Shown one piece after another: positions 59,072-64,000 of a DNA stretch of 64,000 nucleotides. Each line of letters starts with the position of its first letter. Position 1 is the first letter of the stretch. Under the pieces are notes generated by a model. The model ran no database searches. It saw only the letters and a list, made by a program, of their open reading frames with translations, and had not been told where the DNA came from. Position numbers and translations under genes: made by a program. Source of the stretch: Mayamaea pseudoterrestris (lineage: Eukaryota); assembly GCA_027923505.1 (NCBI GenBank), contig BROI01000002.1, positions 1,860,001 to 1,924,000 of the forward strand, given 5' to 3'.

Positions 59072-62000
59072 CACTCCTTTGGGCCGAGTAGTACTTACTG
59101 CTCGAGGCCAGATTCATAACCAGGTTGCGGAGCTTGCCAAACTGGGCTCCCTGCAATGGTTTCGTGAAGAAATCCGCGACCATGTCTCCGGTCGGACAAT
59201 GCTCAATGTTGACTTCACCAGCTGCCACGCGATCTTTCACAAAGAAGTACCGAACATTCATGTGTCGCGTGCGCTTTGTACTTGAGCTTCTGCCATTCTT
59301 TTCCAACAGCATTGAACTCATATTGTCTTGATACAATTTCGTGTCTTTGACCCCGAAACCTTGCGCCTTCAGAAAATATCCTGTCCACAGCAACTGCGGT
59401 AGCACATCATGAACTCCCACAACTTCGCTCTCCGTCGAGCTTCTTGTTACCAACTTCTGTTTAGCCGACGTACTGTACACTGATCCTTGGCCAAGTGTCA
59501 TTGTTCCACCAGTGTGACCCTTCATGTCTGGGTGCACCGCGTACGACGCATCCACCCACCACTGGACTATCCCGACTGGTCCGCCTTCAGCGTCAACACC
59601 ATGTCCACGCTTCCGCGTAAATATTTAATCACTCTTGCAGCCTTCTTATAGTCGTCTTCGTCAGGCTGCTGCAGCCTCGTGCTCAAGAAAGAAATCGCTG
59701 TGCGAATATCCGGTCGCGCTCGCTGACTCAGATACAGACACTGCATCACAATCGTCACAAAATGCTGCTTCTTCGCTTCGCTCAACATGACAGGATTTTC
59801 CGATATCTGAAACAAGTGACTGGCTGCCGGAGTAGCTGCCGTTCCATCCATGTCGTCTGGCGCATGATGCAGGATGTTCTTCACATAGTCAACCATGTTG
59901 ATTGCTACTTCTCCAGGCTTAGTATAGTCCAATACCATGCCGAGGTAGTCGTGCACTTTTCCGCGTGACTTATTCATTGGAGTCTCCTTGCCAAACTCCT
60001 CATCCATCTGCGCGATGAACTCATCCACTACGCTCACGTCGACGTGCGAAATCTTCAAATCGTCCACGTGCCATCCCACGGTGATTTGCTTCCCATTGAC
60101 AATCTTGTTGCACACACACGGATCGTACGGGTTCTTCTCGAAGCCCCACTCAAGCAATTTTGCGGACAACTTCTCCCAGAATAGTCGCGCTGCTCGAAGC
60201 GTACCATAAAGCGCCATGAGTAATTCAACATACATGACTTTCTCGCCATTCTCCATTGTGACGCAAGGCTCGTACATCTCGCGATCAATTTCCAACAGTA
60301 GCTCCACCATCTTCCCAGTGAAACGAACGTGCACCAACTCATCCATTTCCGCTTGCATGAAAGCACCCGGTACATCAACCACAGCAACCTCGCGCCCTTC
60401 CATAGCGTCAATGATAGCTGTCAGAAAGATGGCCTCTGTCGCTATCGTTGGAGATGCTGCGTCTTCCTTTGCAGTGTATGCTCGTTGCTTGCGTCCATCC
60501 GCGCATCCGCGTCCCTTCACAGTCCCGCATCTCTTGCGCTTGAGAAACATCAAATACGCCAGAGCGTCCTTGCGCTGCTGCGGAGTCAGAGTGCATTGGG
60601 GGACTGCCTTCATGACGTGCCTGTCGTGTAGCTGCTGCATTTCCTTGCGCACTGCCTCCACTCCAGCATCGCCAAAAGCCTTTAAACCTTGTCGCATATT
60701 CATCTGTGCCGTGACGAGTGGCTCCGACACTTCCTCTGCAGCGTCGAGCGTGAACAAATGAGCGAACGAGCGAGGTTTGCGCGCACGCAGGCCATACCGA
60801 CCAGTGCGTGGGCCATAGCGCGCATCGAAATCCTCTTCGTCTGCAGCAGCTGGCACTCCTTCAATTTCGCCTTCATCGGGCACTCCTTCAATTTCGCCAT
60901 CATCCACGGCTGGCGCGTCGTCAAGTTCGCCGTCAATGGCCTCACCATCCTCGTCGTTCGGCACTCCTTCGATTGCGCCGTCAGCACCATCGTCGTCGTC
61001 GTCGTCGTCATCGGTCGCATTCACTCCTTCGCTTCCGCCGGCAGAGTCGTCGTCACCGCGAGAAGCGTCGTCATCATAATCAGAGTCATCATCATCCTCG
61101 GCGTCATCTTCGTGCCACATGACTGGCTCAGCAGCCTCCGCAACACGGTGGCGGTCCATGAACACGATGCCCGGATTGGCCTTCTGTTGACGAGCGAGAC
61201 GATGCACGCGCTCAATGACATCATCAGGCATGGGCAAAGGCGTAGCGTGCCCACGATTCAGAACTTTGCCCGAAGACAAACTGAGGAAATAAAACCCACC
61301 CTGCACATTACCAGTCGGGCGCAGAGCCAGCGCACCGATCGTGCGCGCCTGCATGTCATTGCTGTGCGACTCATGCGTTTGCACATACTGACCAAATTCA
61401 TACTTGCAATGCCGATTAAAGTCAACTGTCTGACCAGTCACAATAGTGCGTGGACTGAGATCCTTCGAAATGCCACGCTCGTTCGGAAACGCATTCAACC
61501 AAAACACGGCAGACTTCGTCATTTCGATAACCAAGCGTGCCGGCACGTGCTTAAATGGCAACGTGTTGTATGTCGCGCGCACCCGTTCTTTCACGACACG
61601 GATAAAACGTTCAATTTCGCCAACGTGTTCATCCTCAGATGTCGCATTGAGCGCCACTCCGAGATCAGCCAACGCGCCAAGCATTGGAGCGAACTCCCCA
61701 TCCATCAGAGCCGCGACGACACGGAACCCACCGCGTGCGTAAATCTTCAACACAGACTCGATTGCCTTCAACATAACCGGAAGCGTACGGTTTTGAATCA
61801 CCTCAACCGTAGCAAAACGAATGCTGCGGGAGAACGTCACCAACATAGGGACTTTGTTGATATACATGATGTCAGCACAAAGAGTAACGTCTCGATAGCG
61901 ACTCATGATAGCCGGTGGAAGCTGCTCAACAATCGCAGGCTTCACCAGATGCGACGCGCGACGCGTCGTCTTTCCTTTAACGAGACAACATCCGGTCCAA

Positions 62001-63844
62001 AGATGTGCTCAACAGCCAGGATGTCGGCCTTCGTCACAGGACAGTTCGGCAACTGATTGCTAGTAACGCTGCGCAGGTAATCCTTGAGGCTTGGCCGTCC
62101 AATTTTGAGTTGCAGTTCCTCAGCTCTAACAGCGCGTAAATAGTCATCATTGGTGTAGTTAGTACGGTTATCGTCTACCGTAGTCAACATCGCCACTCCA
62201 TCCTTGACATCGCTGCGCTTGCCCTTCGAAAAGCTCTCGCAAACATACAGCCCAGAGTCAGTCTCGACAAACTCGCTGCTTACCATCCGGCTTCTCCACA
62301 ACGAACATTGGACGATCCACGCCGTGCATGAGATACTCCACGGTAAACTTCTTGCGGACTTGCGCCAAACTCAAAATGTTCGCCAGTCCCTGCGGATACC
62401 ACCACACCGGACCATAGCCCTCCAGGTCGCCCATCATGTTCGTCCTTACTGTACCAGCGTTGCACTTGATCACCATCCACGTTGGCACCGGGCGAATGTT
62501 CGTCAGCATCTTGGCGTTGCAGAACAGATCCACTGTCGACTGATTGTCCAAGAGCACAGCCTTCTTCGAGATGTTCACCTTCGGCGGCTGCGCGAACATG
62601 TATCCGACCTCATCGTCGTCATCGCTTTCTTCCTCGCTACCCAGCGTGAAGTGCTGCGCCCCACTAGCCTCTGCAGCCGGCGCACTCTCCGTAGACTCCG
62701 TTCTCGTAGGACAGTCTCGCTGCACATGACCAACCTGTTGACAGGTCCAGCATCTGGGAGGGTCACGCGCTGTACCAGTCGTGTGAAACGCCACGCCCTC
62801 GTTCGTTGGCAACGTGGCTTCTCCATCCGCATGCTCACGACGCTGCATGATGTTGTATGCATCGTGGATCGTCAACGGGAAGTTGTCGTGCCCGTCGAGG
62901 TAGCAGTTGCGCAAGTGCTTGCAATACCCAGCGTATTCGCCCGTTGCGCCACGCACGAAAAGCATCGCAAGCTCGAGCTCTTCGGCGGCCTTGATATCCT
63001 CCTTGTTCGCCTTGTTACGATTGTCATCCTTGGCAATGTTCAACGCCACAATCTCGTTGTGCATCGTGACGCCAACCGCCTTCGCCACGTCTGCCAGCGT
63101 GACCATGCTTTCGTAATATTTCTGCAGGCTTTCGCGCGCTCCTTGAGTACGTCCGAACAACTCAGCTTGAATGTCCACGACTTGATCCACAAGTTTGCAG
63201 CGCCCTTCGTACGTATGCGAGATCTCCTTGATAATCGCCAGCAACTTAATTCCGTCCGTGTCCTCCTCGGCGTCTCGGAACTTGGCGTGCGACTTGACAC
63301 GATCCTTCATACGCTCCGTGCATTGTCCATGCAACACGGCGTAGAGACCAGCGAGGAAGTCGGAGTATACACGCACGCGCTCGACATGCTCTTTCTTGTC
63401 GGCCTTGTATTCCTCGAGCATTATGGACCAGTCCGAGTCCGTCGTGTCGGCATCCTTCGTTGGACGTGCAGGCTCGTCAGGAATCTCCAGTTCCACGTTG
63501 CGCATGCCCTTGAGCAGCTCCTTGGTATATTTCTTGTAGGAGCGCCCGACGAAAGTGATGATCTCGTTCGTCGTACGGATGAATCCATCGGGATCGCGCG
63601 AACCGTTATAGTCGTAGATGAATCCAGCGAGCGTCGGCTCGCTTCCTTGGAAATTTCCACTCGGCGCACGACTCGGTCCGTTGAGTCTGTTACCATTGCC
63701 TTGATTCCCGGAACGATTCCCAGCACGATTCCCACGACGATAATGACGGTTGCGTCGGTTTCCTTCGCTTGCTGGCGGAGCGGGAGGTGCACCTCCACCG
63801 CTCGACGCCGCTCCTGTCGTCGGAGTATTGCTCGTCGAAGACAT
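59001..63844 (-). CDS. Copia gag-pol polyprotein, split by three single-base frameshifts (~62275, ~61975, ~59571)
   Basis: ORFs 62258-63844, 61942-62301, 59567-61945 and 59001-59555 join into one polyprotein if one base is restored at each junction. The stop codon lies inside the 3' LTR. Confidence 0.9.
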
Positions 63845-63871
63845 GTCTTTTCACTCGCTTCTTGGAGAAAA

Positions 63872-64000
63872 TGTTGGATCTAGAATATATCTTGCGCGCC
63901 CTTGAAGCGACACTAATGATTAAGCAGAACAGAGTCAATAAAACCACTTTACTTATTTTCTCCAAGAAGTGATCGTCCTCGATCCACTCCTTCGGTTGCC
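63872..64000 (-). repeat. 5' LTR of the Copia element (partial)
   Basis: Base-for-base identical to 58861-58989. Confidence 0.95.

Larger units (their letters stand above)
58861..64000 (-). mobile_element. Ty1/Copia LTR retrotransposon (CoDi-like), near full length; the 5' LTR runs off the window
   Basis: Domain order is gag (CWTCQQVGHVQRDC), protease (LLDNQST), integrase (ADIMY, MDGEF, EHVGEIER), RT (VDVPGAF, ALYG, WHVDD) and RNase H (VDASY, STESE, YQDN, ADFFTKPL). The two LTR copies are identical over the 129 bp visible. Confidence 0.97.

Noticed and set aside
60840..61110. Acidic low-complexity repeats (EIEGVP, poly-Asp) as a separate feature
   Set aside because: They are the ordinary linker between integrase and RT in the Copia polyprotein.
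62258..62301. Programmed ribosomal frameshift in the Copia element
   Set aside because: There is no slippery heptamer, the break falls after the protease motif, and two similar single-base losses occur elsewhere in pol.
60689..63883. Long + strand ORFs (455 aa and 559 aa)
   Set aside because: They are antisense shadows of the GC-rich Copia gag-pol frame and show no protein-like motifs.

Overview
Eukaryotic, gene-dense, intron-poor DNA that looks like a diatom nuclear genome. This is inferred from bipartite ASAF-type plastid signals, a type III metacaspase and CoDi-type Copia elements. From left to right: (1) the 3' half of a PMS2/PMS1-type MutL mismatch-repair gene whose N-terminal ATPase half is missing; (2) a ~5 kb frameshifted gag-bearing LTR-retroelement-like block; (3) a ~14.6 kb satellite domain (7.4-22 kb) made of roughly 75 copies of a 169-bp monomer with a central palindrome, a homogeneous core, matching divergent layers on both flanks, and a second ~350-bp palindrome-bearing repeat; (4) about 19 ordinary protein-coding genes, including a PsbQ-like protein, two tandem sulfotransferase-like paralogs, Sec24, a TL29-like pseudo-peroxidase, importin alpha, GAPDH, a Crinkler-like NTPase, a prolyl hydroxylase, HRQ1, syntaxin 5, a metacaspase, GPD2 and PTOX; (5) a young Ty1/Copia retrotransposon on the minus strand. 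The most striking observation concerns this Copia element. It has no tRNA-type primer-binding site; the 14 nt right after its 5' LTR are perfectly complementary to a segment inside the LTR, the arrangement used by self-priming (Tf1-type) elements. All calls are by eye; no searches were run.
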